A stretch of 64,000 nucleotides of DNA from an uncultured Pseudomonadales bacterium (GTDB taxonomy: Bacteria; Patescibacteriota; Microgenomatia; UBA1400; CAYXSR01). Position 1 is the stretch's first letter; each line of letters starts with the position of its first letter. Where the stretch lies: positions 318,987 to 382,986 of the forward strand of contig CAYSEI010000001.1 of the NCBI GenBank assembly GCA_964430265.1, given 5' to 3'. A program made the translations under genes and the position numbers. Positions 29,962 through 39,448 of this stretch are shown here, piece by piece. A model generated the notes under the pieces. The model was not told the DNA's origin and ran no database searches. It saw only the letters and a program-made list of their open reading frames with translations.

Positions 29962-31393
29962 GATTATTGCGCAAACATTCTATCATTTCTTTATGCCAGA
30001 GAAAAATATTCCCGGCACCCATGGTTAAAATTAAGCTATTTTTAAAATCTTTTTTACCTAGATAGTGACATAATTCCTTTTTTCCGGGCAAATAAACAGT
30101 CTGTGGATTATTTGCCTTTATTTTTTCGGCCAGCAATTGACCGCTGACTTCCGGGTCCTTTGCTTCCCTGGATGAACTATATATATCAACAATTATTACT
30201 TGATCCGCTGAATTAAAACTTTTACTAAACTCGTTTAAAAACTTTTTAGTGCGTGAATATGTGTGTGGTTGAAAAATGGCAATAATCTCTTTATTCTTTT
30301 CCCATTTTTTTGCAGCCTGCAAAGTTTTTTCAATTTCCATTGGATGATGCGCATAATCATCATATATAACAAGATTATTAAAACGTTTGATCAACTCAAA
30401 GCGCCTTTTAGTTCCTTTAAAACCTTCAATGCCTTTTTTAAGGCTTTGTTTGTCAATATTATTTTCCAGTCCCACTATTAAAGCGGCAGATGCATTAAGA
30501 ACATTAAATTTCCCCGGTACATTAAGTTCAATATTTTTCATTAAAATATTTTTTTCTTTACATTTTAGTGAAAAAATATTTTTTTTATTGATTTGTCGGT
30601 GTTCAATTATTTGAAAGTTACTATTCTCTGAAAATCCGTATGTAATGACATTATTTTTATTAAGTTTTTTTAAGAGCTTTTTGTTATTCTTGTTGTCAGC
30701 ACAAGCTATTATTCTGCCTTTTTCCGGCAGCTTGTCAATAAAGTTTGCAAATGCAGACAAAGTATGATCAAGATTTTTATAAACATCAGGATGATCATAC
30801 TCTATATTGGTCAAAACTATGGTCTCCGGATTTTGGTACATAAAACGCGGAGTCTTATCCTGCGGTGAAGTAAAATACTCGTCTGCCTCGGCAATAAAAT
30901 GTTTGCCGGTTGATGAATATTTACCTGGAAACCCCAGCCCAGGTATCTCCCCTACTCCTATAGCATAGCTGGGATTTAAACCTGCAAATGAAAATAAAGT
31001 ACTGATCATGGCAGTAGTAGTTGTTTTTCCTCCTACACCGCAGACTGAAATACCTTTTTTATGCTCCATTAAGCTTGCTAAAGCCTCGGCATGTGGCATT
31101 ACAGGAATATTACTATTTTTTGCGGCTTGGACTTCAATATTTTCTTCGCCTCTGTGTGCTCCGGTAAAAATGCAAAGCTCTGTATCCATTATTCTTTTTT
31201 TATCAAAACCCGGCTGGCAATCAATGTTTGCTTTGCTTAAAACAGCATCAGTCACAAAAGTTTCTTTAATATCACTACCGCTTAATTTGATTCCAATATC
31301 TTTGCAGCACAAAGCCAATGCAGTCATTCCCACACCTTTTATTCCGGTAAAATGAATTTTTTTATATTCTTTTATATTTTTCATATTTGTCAT
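29951..31393 (-). CDS. murC: UDP-MurNAc--L-Ala ligase
   Basis: GIKGVGM, GKTTT, EADE, DHPD, RRFE, DDYAHHP, FQPHTYSRT. Confidence 0.96.
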   Translation of the reverse strand: MTNMKNIKEYKKIHFTGIKGVGMTALALCCKDIGIKLSGSDIKETFVTDAVLSKANIDCQPGFDKKRIMDTELCIFTGAHRGEENIEVQAAKNSNIPVMPHAEALASLMEHKKGISVCGVGGKTTTTAMISTLFSFAGLNPSYAIGVGEIPGLGFPGKYSSTGKHFIAEADEYFTSPQDKTPRFMYQNPETIVLTNIEYDHPDVYKNLDHTLSAFANFIDKLPEKGRIIACADNKNNKKLLKKLNKNNVITYGFSENSNFQIIEHRQINKKNIFSLKCKEKNILMKNIELNVPGKFNVLNASAALIVGLENNIDKQSLKKGIEGFKGTKRRFELIKRFNNLVIYDDYAHHPMEIEKTLQAAKKWEKNKEIIAIFQPHTYSRTKKFLNEFSKSFNSADQVIIVDIYSSSREAKDPEVSGQLLAEKIKANNPQTVYLPGKKELCHYLGKKDFKNSLILTMGAGNIFLWHKEMIECLRNNHEY

Positions 31394-31452
31394 AATATAT
31401 TCATAATTTTTTTTATTATATTCATAATTTATTTATAATCTTTCCATAATTT

Positions 31453-32187
31453 TCATCTTAAACATGTAACAGTTGCAAACAACCCTTTTTTCTCATCAAA
31501 TTTTTTACTATTACATTTTTTACTCTTATAGTGGGAAAAAAACTGCTGGCTGCAACCTGTACAAATATTAATATCATAAATATCTACAATATTACTTTTT
31601 CTAAGTGAATTAATAATAAAACCAGGCAAATCAACTGCATATTTATCTTTTGTTTTACTTACATATTCATCCCATTCCGGAAGGTTTTTTTGAAAAACAT
31701 CAGCAAATTTATAACAGCACTTTCTAATTCCCGGTCCAATACCTGCTTGAATTGTACTAGCTTTAATCTGAAATTCATTAAGCATCTGTAAAATTGCTTT
31801 TTCAATAATATGCTGCATACAGCCTTTCCAGCCTACATGCAAAAGGGCTAAAACCTGTTTTTCAGGTGAATATAAAATTAATGGAAAACAATCAGCGCTT
31901 TTTAAAAACAAATACTCGTTTTTAATTCCGGTTATTATTCCGTCAGTCTTCTTTAAAAAATGTGTTTGCTTTTTGTTTTTTATCACTTGTACACTGCTTC
32001 CGTGTACTTGCTCCATTTCCCATAATTTTGCTTGTTTGATACCAATTGATTTGCACAACTTCTGCCTGTTTTTATTGACATTTTCTTTATCACCATAAAA
32101 AAAACTGATATTGCCATATTCACGGTTAAAAAATCCGTGAAACAAATTATTATTAATAAGCTTATCTACTTTAAATATTTTTTTCAT
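31453..32187 (-). CDS. pgeF: PgeF/YfiH (laccase-domain) peptidoglycan editing factor
   Basis: QVHG, DG, ADC, HVGWKG, IGPGI, CT, FFSH. Confidence 0.9.
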   Translation of the reverse strand: MKKIFKVDKLINNNLFHGFFNREYGNISFFYGDKENVNKNRQKLCKSIGIKQAKLWEMEQVHGSSVQVIKNKKQTHFLKKTDGIITGIKNEYLFLKSADCFPLILYSPEKQVLALLHVGWKGCMQHIIEKAILQMLNEFQIKASTIQAGIGPGIRKCCYKFADVFQKNLPEWDEYVSKTKDKYAVDLPGFIINSLRKSNIVDIYDINICTGCSQQFFSHYKSKKCNSKKFDEKKGLFATVTCLR

Positions 32188-32192
32188 TCTTA

Positions 32193-32945
32193 TTAATCAT
32201 TTTTATTATTTATTAAGTAATTATTGGCTTTTTGCCATTGTTCATGTGTATTTATACCCTGAAAATATTTTTCTGAATCCAGTTTTAGTGCTGATACTTT
32301 TTGCTTTTGTTCAGCTGCAATTTGAACAGCTTCAGTTAAATAGTATTCTTTGCTTTGCGAGTTTTTTTCGATTTTGGGAAGAATTTTTTGTAAATATTTG
32401 CAGTCAAAACAATAACAGGCAGTATTAATTTCCTTAATCTTTTTTTGCTCTTTTGTTGCATGTTTTTCTTCAATAATTGCTTTTACTGTCCGGTCCCCGT
32501 TGCGGATAATCCTTCCATAACCATACGGATTGTTTTTATGCACAGTCAAAATAGTGACTTTGCTTTTTTCTTTTTTATGAAAATCGATCAAATTCTGCAG
32601 CTTTTCAAAAGGATAAAAAGCAGAATCGTCGCCATTAAGAACCAGCAGGTATTTAACATTGTCGGGTATTAAAGGTATAGCTTGTTTAACTGCATGTGCG
32701 GTTCCCAGTCTTTTTTCCTGAACAGCGTATTCAACCCTTTTCCCAAGATACTTTTTAACTGTATCCGCAGCAAAGCCAATAACTGCAATAATTTTGTTTA
32801 ATTGCAGTTTTTTTAAGGTGTCAATTGTGTAACCAATCATTGGTTTTCCGTTTAAAGGAAACATAACTTTGTTTTTTTCTTTTGCATTAATGCGTGAGCC
32901 TTTTCCGGCCGCTAAAACTACTGCTGCTACTTGTTTATTTTTCAT
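32193..32945 (-). CDS. Stand-alone GlmU N-terminal (uridylyltransferase-like) domain
   Basis: LAAGKGSR, LGTAHAV, NGD, PYGYGRIIR, EIN, EYYLT, GIN; ends before any hexapeptide domain. Confidence 0.85.
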   Translation of the reverse strand: MKNKQVAAVVLAAGKGSRINAKEKNKVMFPLNGKPMIGYTIDTLKKLQLNKIIAVIGFAADTVKKYLGKRVEYAVQEKRLGTAHAVKQAIPLIPDNVKYLLVLNGDDSAFYPFEKLQNLIDFHKKEKSKVTILTVHKNNPYGYGRIIRNGDRTVKAIIEEKHATKEQKKIKEINTACYCFDCKYLQKILPKIEKNSQSKEYYLTEAVQIAAEQKQKVSALKLDSEKYFQGINTHEQWQKANNYLINNKND

Positions 32946-34219
32946 AAATCCACTTTCCTTTTATCAATAATTTTATGTTTGTTTTTAACTACTTTGTATT
33001 TAGTGTTTTCCGGCTTGATAAACCGGCCGTCTTTTAAATCTTTATCCAAAACCATTCCCGGAGAAACAAAACAATCCTGTCCTATTTTAATACCGGGCAT
33101 AGTGCTGGTGTTTACACCAACGCGTGTATTTTTTCCAATAATTGCTCCCATCTTGTTTCTTTTATTTACAATTGGTTTTTCATCAAGTCTGAGGTTGGCT
33201 GTTACAGATCCTGACCCAAAACTCACATTATTATCAATCACAGAATCGCCAATATAGTTGCGGTGAAACCAGCAATTTTTACCAACCCAGCTTCTGGCAA
33301 TTTCAGTATTGCTGCCTACAACTGAACCGGATTCTACGATTGATTCCCGGATCAGAGCATTATTTCCCACTACTGAATTAGGTCCAATATATACAGGACC
33401 TTTAATAACAGCGCCTTCATAGATGCGTACGTTTTCTGCAATATAAACTTTACCGGAGACAATAACGTTTGCGGGTATTTTTGGTTTAATTTCTTTTTTT
33501 AAATAGTTGTCAAAAAAATATTGCATCATATCCAAAACATGTTGCGGGTATTTTAAACACTCCCAGGTTCCTTTGTATTTAACAAAATCAAACTCAACTC
33601 CTGTTTTCATTAAATCATCCATTGCCTTTTCATACAAATCATCTTTCTGAGTTTTACTCTTTTTTAGCTGTTTTAGGATTAATTGGCTGTTTTTGTAATA
33701 ATGAACAACTAAATTTACCAGATTGCTGGGTTGCTTTCCCTTTCCTGGCTTTTCAACAATTTCTATTACCTTATTATTTTTAATTTTTAAATATCCTCCG
33801 GGAAAATATCCATTCATTTCATATCCGGGCACAATTGCTTGGGGATCTTTCTTATTAATTAAATCAAGGATTTTAAGAAAAAGTTTTTTGTCAAAAATAT
33901 CGGCTGAGTTAAGAACCAGAAGAGAATTATTAATATTCTCAGAAGCTTTAATAATTGCATCTCCCATTCCTTTGGGTTTGTCTTGAACAACTGTTTTAAT
34001 GGATAAATTATTAAAATTATTTTTTAAGCTTGAGATTGTTTTGCAATTATTCTTGTTACAAACAATACAGATGTTTTCAAAACCCAATTGCTCAAGTAAA
34101 TCAAGCTGGTAATAAATTAGGGGTTTACCCAAAAAAGGGAAAATACTCTTGTCATAAGACAAAGGCTTGAATCTTTTTCCTATTCCTCCTGCTAAAATCA
34201 AGACTGTAGGTTTAGCCAT
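32942..34219 (-). CDS. Bifunctional sugar-1-phosphate nucleotidylyl/acetyltransferase (archaeal GlmU-like)
   Basis: LAGGIGKRF, IVEKP, hexapeptide repeats, YIGDS, TANLRLD, KMGAIIG, GVN. Confidence 0.85.
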   Translation of the reverse strand: MAKPTVLILAGGIGKRFKPLSYDKSIFPFLGKPLIYYQLDLLEQLGFENICIVCNKNNCKTISSLKNNFNNLSIKTVVQDKPKGMGDAIIKASENINNSLLVLNSADIFDKKLFLKILDLINKKDPQAIVPGYEMNGYFPGGYLKIKNNKVIEIVEKPGKGKQPSNLVNLVVHYYKNSQLILKQLKKSKTQKDDLYEKAMDDLMKTGVEFDFVKYKGTWECLKYPQHVLDMMQYFFDNYLKKEIKPKIPANVIVSGKVYIAENVRIYEGAVIKGPVYIGPNSVVGNNALIRESIVESGSVVGSNTEIARSWVGKNCWFHRNYIGDSVIDNNVSFGSGSVTANLRLDEKPIVNKRNKMGAIIGKNTRVGVNTSTMPGIKIGQDCFVSPGMVLDKDLKDGRFIKPENTKYKVVKNKHKIIDKRKVDL

Positions 34220-35522
34220 TATTTTTTAAAACTTTTTTAACAGCTTCTAAATCAGACCAGGAATGCTCGGTTCTACCAATACAAAGAGACTCTTCATGTC
34301 CTTTTCCAAGGATAGCAACAATATCATCTTTTTTTGCAATTTGATTAATTGCTATTTCAATAGCTTTCTGCCTGTCATTTTCTTTAATTACTTTGTCTTT
34401 ATTTTTACAGCCTGTTAATATCTGCTGATTGATCTTATTCAAATCTTCTGTGCGCGGATCTTCTGCTGTCAATACAATTTCGTCAGCTATTTTGCAGGCG
34501 ATTTTTCCCATTTCCGGCCGTTTATGCTTATCCCTTAATCCGGCACAGCCAAAAACAACAATTAAATTATTGGGATGATATGTGTTTTTTAAAGTGAGCA
34601 AAGCATTTTCCATTGCATTAGGTGTATGAGCAAAATCAATAAAAATCTTAAAATCCTTATTTGTTTTAACTTCTTGCATCCGGCCTTCTATTCCCTGAAA
34701 ATCCTTGACACCTTTTTTAATTAAATTCTTATCAATACCTAAAGCTTTAGCAATTCCAATAGCAGCCAAAATATTGGAAACATTAAACTTACCAATCAAA
34801 CTGGTTTGAATTTCCTGTTTTTCTTTTGACCCAAATTTGTCTTGGTAAGTATATTCAAAACTTGTAATGGCTTTACCTAGCTGGATATTATCGGCTGTAA
34901 CATTTGCTTTTTGATTCAGGCTGTAGCTAATAATTTCTCCCTTTTTTATTCTTTGTAAGTATTCAAAAGACTTATCATCCTTGTTTAAAATTTTATAATT
35001 AACATTTTTAAACAATTTTGCTTTGGCTTTAAGATATTTTACCCATGTTTTATGGTAATCCAGATGTTCTTTAGTAACATTGGTAATTGCGGCAATATCA
35101 AAACTAACACCAAAAACCCGGTTCTGCGCCAGGCCATGTGAGGTTACTTCCAAAAGCACAAAATCCAACTTGTTATTAACAGACTCTCTTAAAAGACTTT
35201 GCAGTTTCCATGGATTGGGATTGGTAACGTGTAAACCGGTTGCTACTTTTTTATTTCCGATTGAAGCAGAAACTGTTGTAATTAGCCCAACTTTTTTACC
35301 TGCTTTTTTTAGAATATCTGCGATCAAAGTTGCTGTAGTAGTTTTACCGTCAGTTCCGGTAACTCCAATAATTTTTAGTTTACGGCTGGGAAACCGGTAA
35401 ACAAGGGTAGCTAAAAAAGCCAATGGCAGGTGCCAAAAAATATTAACAAGCTTATTGGGCAATATATTTCTAAGCCATCTGACCAAAAAGAAATGTCTAA
35501 GTCCTTTTAAACAAATTTTCAT
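34212..35522 (-). CDS. murE: MurE tripeptide ligase
   Basis: GVTGTDGKTT, EVTSHGL, EHLDYH, DFAHTP, FGCAG, EDPR, GKGHE. Confidence 0.95.
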   Translation of the reverse strand: MKICLKGLRHFFLVRWLRNILPNKLVNIFWHLPLAFLATLVYRFPSRKLKIIGVTGTDGKTTTATLIADILKKAGKKVGLITTVSASIGNKKVATGLHVTNPNPWKLQSLLRESVNNKLDFVLLEVTSHGLAQNRVFGVSFDIAAITNVTKEHLDYHKTWVKYLKAKAKLFKNVNYKILNKDDKSFEYLQRIKKGEIISYSLNQKANVTADNIQLGKAITSFEYTYQDKFGSKEKQEIQTSLIGKFNVSNILAAIGIAKALGIDKNLIKKGVKDFQGIEGRMQEVKTNKDFKIFIDFAHTPNAMENALLTLKNTYHPNNLIVVFGCAGLRDKHKRPEMGKIACKIADEIVLTAEDPRTEDLNKINQQILTGCKNKDKVIKENDRQKAIEIAINQIAKKDDIVAILGKGHEESLCIGRTEHSWSDLEAVKKVLKNNG

Positions 35523-35543
35523 AAGATGTATTATAACAAATTA

Positions 35544-37337
35544 TTATCTTGGTTGTATCTTATAATGATGCAAAAGTTTTTGTGCAATCTGAAAAAACAA
35601 AGGTGCAGCGGTTTCCGAACCCCATGGAGATGAACTCGGTTCCCTTAAAGTAACCAGCATAGTAAACTTAGGATTGTAAGCCGGTGCAAAACCGACAAAA
35701 GAAGCAATAGTTTTTTCTTCATCATAATGACCGGAAACAGGTATTTGCGCTGTTCCTGTTTTTCCTGCTACTTGATAATCTTTTAAATTAACCCATTTGG
35801 AATCACCTTTCTCAACTGCAGCTACCATCATTTCTTTTGCTTGCGCTGCGGCTTTTTTACTAATTACTCTTTTTAGCTTACTGGGTTGGATATCAACTGA
35901 TTCTCTGCCATTATCAAATGCGTCAACAACCTGTGGTTCATAAATTATACCGCCGCTAGCAATTGCATTAACAGCATTTATCATTTGCATCCGGGTTACT
36001 GCAATACCCTGGCCAAAGCTTGCTGTAGCTAAATCAATTTTGCTCCACTCTTTTTTCGGACGCATATATGCAGCAACTTCTTCTTGTAAATCTATCCCGG
36101 TTTTTTCTCCCAGGCCAAAATCTTCTAAGTACCTGTACAATCGATCAATTCCCAATTTTTGCCCCACATATACCATCCCTGTATTGTCCGAGTTAACAAT
36201 TACATCCGTCATTGTTGAATTAGGATGATATTCTTCGTTCCATGTTTTAATTTGGTATTTATCAATTTCAACTGGCCCGTCACAAATTGGACATTTTGTT
36301 TCAGGACTTATCAGCTTTTCATTCAAAGCTGATGCCATTACCAGCACTTTAAATATTGATCCTGGTTCATAAGCCTCTGCAATAACAGGATTTTTAAAAA
36401 CACCCTTTTCTGCTTGGTAATATTTATTAGGATCATATCTGGGGATTGAACTCATTGCCAGAACAGCACCGGTTTTTGATTCCATTACTACAACTGAACC
36501 GGATTTAGCACCGTATTTTTCAATACCTTCTTTTAAATATTTAGATACAATGTATTGAACTGAGCGATCTAAATGTAATTTCAAATCCTGTCCGTCAATT
36601 TTTTCTTGTGTATTAAATCCACCCATTAATATAGGTTGGTTGACTGCATCTTTTTCTTCATTAATAATTCCCGGCCTGCCGCGCATTTCAAGATCATAAA
36701 AACCTTCCAAACCAAAATATCCCACAGGCTGACCTTCTTTGTCCTTGCCTAAAAATCCTAATAGATGTGCTGACATTGAAGCTTCCGGATAAAAACGTGA
36801 GCTTTCTTCTTCAAATCCTAGTCCTTTAATATCCATTTTTTCAACTTGGTCTTTTTGTTCGGGAGTAAGTTGATGTTTTAAAGCTGCCCAGACAATATCT
36901 TTTTGTGACAAACGCTCTTCAAGAATTTTTTCAAGCTCTTGAATTCCTTTTTCTTTTAATTCCTCAATTATTTTTTCTTTTTCCAGGTTTAATTTGGCTG
37001 TATCCGAAGAAGAACTAGCTTCCAAATCAATATCTAATTTTTCACTGAAAATTACAGGAGCAATCTTTTCTGCAATTTTGTTTGGACTTTGTTCAATTTT
37101 TTCCAATGAAGCATATAAAAGATAAGAAAGCTTGTTTGCTGATAAAGGAAATCCGTCTTTACTAATTATTTCTCCCCTGGATGCAGGGATTTTCCTCTCC
37201 ACATTATATTGGCCGTATGCAATTTGCGCTAGTTGATCCCTTTTTAATACCTGCCAGTAAAACAAGCGAAAGCTTAATAAGCCGGTAAAAAGCAGAAAAA
37301 AAAGCAAAACTATTCTGATCCGCCATTTTATATCCAT
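35544..37337 (-). CDS. ftsI: Class B penicillin-binding protein FtsI
   Basis: TM, RGEI, RFYP, EPGSIFK (SxxK), SDN, KTGTAQ; follows ftsL. Confidence 0.92.
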   Translation of the reverse strand: MDIKWRIRIVLLFFLLFTGLLSFRLFYWQVLKRDQLAQIAYGQYNVERKIPASRGEIISKDGFPLSANKLSYLLYASLEKIEQSPNKIAEKIAPVIFSEKLDIDLEASSSSDTAKLNLEKEKIIEELKEKGIQELEKILEERLSQKDIVWAALKHQLTPEQKDQVEKMDIKGLGFEEESSRFYPEASMSAHLLGFLGKDKEGQPVGYFGLEGFYDLEMRGRPGIINEEKDAVNQPILMGGFNTQEKIDGQDLKLHLDRSVQYIVSKYLKEGIEKYGAKSGSVVVMESKTGAVLAMSSIPRYDPNKYYQAEKGVFKNPVIAEAYEPGSIFKVLVMASALNEKLISPETKCPICDGPVEIDKYQIKTWNEEYHPNSTMTDVIVNSDNTGMVYVGQKLGIDRLYRYLEDFGLGEKTGIDLQEEVAAYMRPKKEWSKIDLATASFGQGIAVTRMQMINAVNAIASGGIIYEPQVVDAFDNGRESVDIQPSKLKRVISKKAAAQAKEMMVAAVEKGDSKWVNLKDYQVAGKTGTAQIPVSGHYDEEKTIASFVGFAPAYNPKFTMLVTLREPSSSPWGSETAAPLFFQIAQKLLHHYKIQPR

Positions 37338-37338
37338 A

Positions 37339-37656
37339 TTAAGGATTCAAAGCCACAGGGACTTTGGGAGTTAAATTTAATACTTCCGGATTGTCCACAA
37401 ATCCTTTTTTCTTGGCAAGAGCTTCCAAAGAACCTAAGTTTCTTTGGGAGATTAACTTGGTTTTAAGTTTTTTGTTTTCTTCTTCCAGTGTTGCAGATTG
37501 TTTTTCAATTTTTCCCAGTTTTTCTCCCCAACCTGCTAGACGGTTGCATAAATACATTTGACTCAAGCCTAGACATAAAAGAACAAGGATTAAGATTAGA
37601 AAAATGTAGTTTTTCTTTGGTTTATTTAGTTTTTTGTTAATTCTTTTTTTATTCAT
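37339..37656 (-). CDS. ftsL: FtsL-like bitopic coiled-coil protein
   Basis: Basic N-terminus, TM, coiled coil, A.K.GF..P; lies between rsmH and ftsI. Confidence 0.7.
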   Translation of the reverse strand: MNKKRINKKLNKPKKNYIFLILILVLLCLGLSQMYLCNRLAGWGEKLGKIEKQSATLEEENKKLKTKLISQRNLGSLEALAKKKGFVDNPEVLNLTPKVPVALNP

Positions 37657-38582
37657 ATTTTTTCTGCTGCTCGTAATTTAGCACTTCTGGCGCGGTTGTT
37701 TTTAATAATTTCTTTCCTGTCAGCACGAACCGGTTTCTTTGTTAGTTCTTTTAACTCTTTTTCGTTTCTAAAAAACTGCTTGACGATTCTGTCCTCACCT
37801 TCATGAAAACTGATAACCACTAGTCTGCCTTCTTTTTTTAAAACCTCAACTGCCTGCGGTAAAGCTTTTTTTAAATTCTCAAGTTCTTTGTTTACATATA
37901 TTCTTAAAGCTTGAAATACTTTTGTTGCCGGGTGCAGTCTACCTCTTCTTTTGTGTTCTTGTTTATATACCCCTTTAATCAATTCAGCCAGTTGCCCGGT
38001 AGTTTTAATTGGTTGCTTTTCTCGCTCTCGAACAATAGCTTCAGCAATGGGCAAAGAAAGCTCTTCTCCGCCAAATTTAGCAAAAATTTCATAAAGATCC
38101 TCCTTGTTTAAATTATTAACAATCTCTTGGGCTGATCTACCCTGCTGCGGGTTCATCCGCATGTCCAAATCTGCGTCTTTGTTAAAGGAGAATCCCCGGT
38201 TTTTGGATTCTAGTTGATGGGAGGAGACCCCTAAATCAAAAAGGATTCCGTTGAATGTCTGCACATTCATTTGCTTGCTTTCTTCTTCTACTGCCTGCTT
38301 AAGCTCAGCAAAGTTAGCCTGCTTAATCAAATAAGAATTGGAATTATAGCTTTGGGATAAATGCTTTTTTGAATAAGCAACAGCTTCAGGATCTTGATCA
38401 ATCCCCAAAACCCTTCCTCCTTTATTTAGGATTGCAGTAGTGTGGCCTCCTCCACCAACTGTAGCGTCAAGGTAGTTATGTCCCGGCTTGACGTCTAAAT
38501 ATTGTAATGTCTCTTGTAATAATACTGGTGTGTGATAATCAGATGTTGATTTCAAGTTCTGTAATTCTTTCTGCGATTTCAT
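37653..38582 (-). CDS. rsmH: 16S rRNA m4C1402 methyltransferase (start uncertain; ATG 38582)
   Basis: HTPVLL, DATVGGGGH, DLGVSS, LDMRM, FQALRI, ISFH, ARSAKLR. Confidence 0.95.
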   Translation of the reverse strand: MKSQKELQNLKSTSDYHTPVLLQETLQYLDVKPGHNYLDATVGGGGHTTAILNKGGRVLGIDQDPEAVAYSKKHLSQSYNSNSYLIKQANFAELKQAVEEESKQMNVQTFNGILFDLGVSSHQLESKNRGFSFNKDADLDMRMNPQQGRSAQEIVNNLNKEDLYEIFAKFGGEELSLPIAEAIVREREKQPIKTTGQLAELIKGVYKQEHKRRGRLHPATKVFQALRIYVNKELENLKKALPQAVEVLKKEGRLVVISFHEGEDRIVKQFFRNEKELKELTKKPVRADRKEIIKNNRARSAKLRAAEKI

Positions 38583-38976
38583 CGCTGTCTTTTTCCAATC
38601 TATCCTGATATTTGTCAAATTTATTTCCATCCCAGATTTCAATTCTTTCCAAGCTTCCGGCAACTATTACTTTTTCACTTAATCCGGCAAAATTACGTAA
38701 AACCTCAGGAATCAAAATTCTTCCTTGGGCATCAAATTCCACTTCAAAAGCTTCATAACTTAAAAGTCTGACAAAAGAACGTGCATCACTGCTAGTTAAC
38801 GGTGTTTGATTAAGCTTGGAAGCAATCTCTTCCCACTTGGCTTTAGGAAATAAAAAGAGACAGCCGTCTAATCCTCTTGTGATTACAGCCGTCTTTGATA
38901 GATTTTTACGAAATTCTTTGGGAACTGCCATTCGGCCTTTAGTTCCTAAAGATCGTTTGTATATTCCAATAAACAT
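38539..38976 (-). CDS. mraZ: Transcriptional regulator MraZ
   Basis: KGRMAVPKEFR, RGLDGCL, DAQGRILIP, IEIWD. Confidence 0.96.
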   Translation of the reverse strand: MFIGIYKRSLGTKGRMAVPKEFRKNLSKTAVITRGLDGCLFLFPKAKWEEIASKLNQTPLTSSDARSFVRLLSYEAFEVEFDAQGRILIPEVLRNFAGLSEKVIVAGSLERIEIWDGNKFDKYQDRLEKDSDEIAERITELEINI

Positions 38977-38981
38977 TTATT

Positions 38982-39008
38982 CCCCACTTTTCACCACTAC
39001 CTACCATT
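38982..39008 (-). promoter_or_regulatory. MraZ-binding direct repeats
   Basis: Minus strand AGAATGGTAG-GTAGTGGTGA-AAAGTGGGGA: three (G/A)TGG boxes at 10-bp spacing just upstream of mraZ; TTGACA at 39034-39029. Confidence 0.8.
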
Positions 39009-39128
39009 CTTATATATTTACACACGGTTGTCAAGGAGCAATTTAAGAGGAAATTTAGCAATTTCACCACTATGATATTTTTTGTGAAAATAATTAAAGA
39101 TTTTTTTGTTAAAAAGAAACAGAATAAT

Positions 39129-39157
39129 TTGCATGAAACTAAAAAATGGATTAAAAT
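39129..39157 (+). promoter_or_regulatory. sigma70 promoter of the small-ORF operon
   Basis: TTGCAT-17 nt-TAAAAT. Confidence 0.6.
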
Positions 39158-39189
39158 AGTTTTAAGCTTCTGCCCGGAAAGGTAAACAA

Positions 39190-39420
39190 ATGTCAACATC
39201 TATTGGAGAGATTTTTAAAGAAACTTCAGTTGGTCAAGAATTTTATTTCACTTCAGCTCCCGATTCCCTATTTTTTATTAAAGACATACTTGAACGAGAC
39301 GGAGAAATCATTGGCTACCACATTGGAAGATATGAACAAAGTGGTATGCCAATTTATTTTTTAGGCAGATCAGTTGAATTTAAATGCGGACAAATTGATT
39401 TAATGGAAGAAATTATTTAA
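39190..39420 (+). CDS. Small acidic hypothetical protein
   Basis: SD-like GAAAGGT, ATG, non-overlapping intergenic ORF. Confidence 0.7.
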   Translation: MSTSIGEIFKETSVGQEFYFTSAPDSLFFIKDILERDGEIIGYHIGRYEQSGMPIYFLGRSVEFKCGQIDLMEEII

Positions 39421-39448
39421 TAAAGTTGCCTATTTAGAAAGGAAATTT

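Noticed and set aside
38939-39199. 86-aa minus-strand ORF upstream of mraZ
   Set aside because: It spans promoters and MraZ boxes, is low-complexity, and overlaps real genes at both ends.
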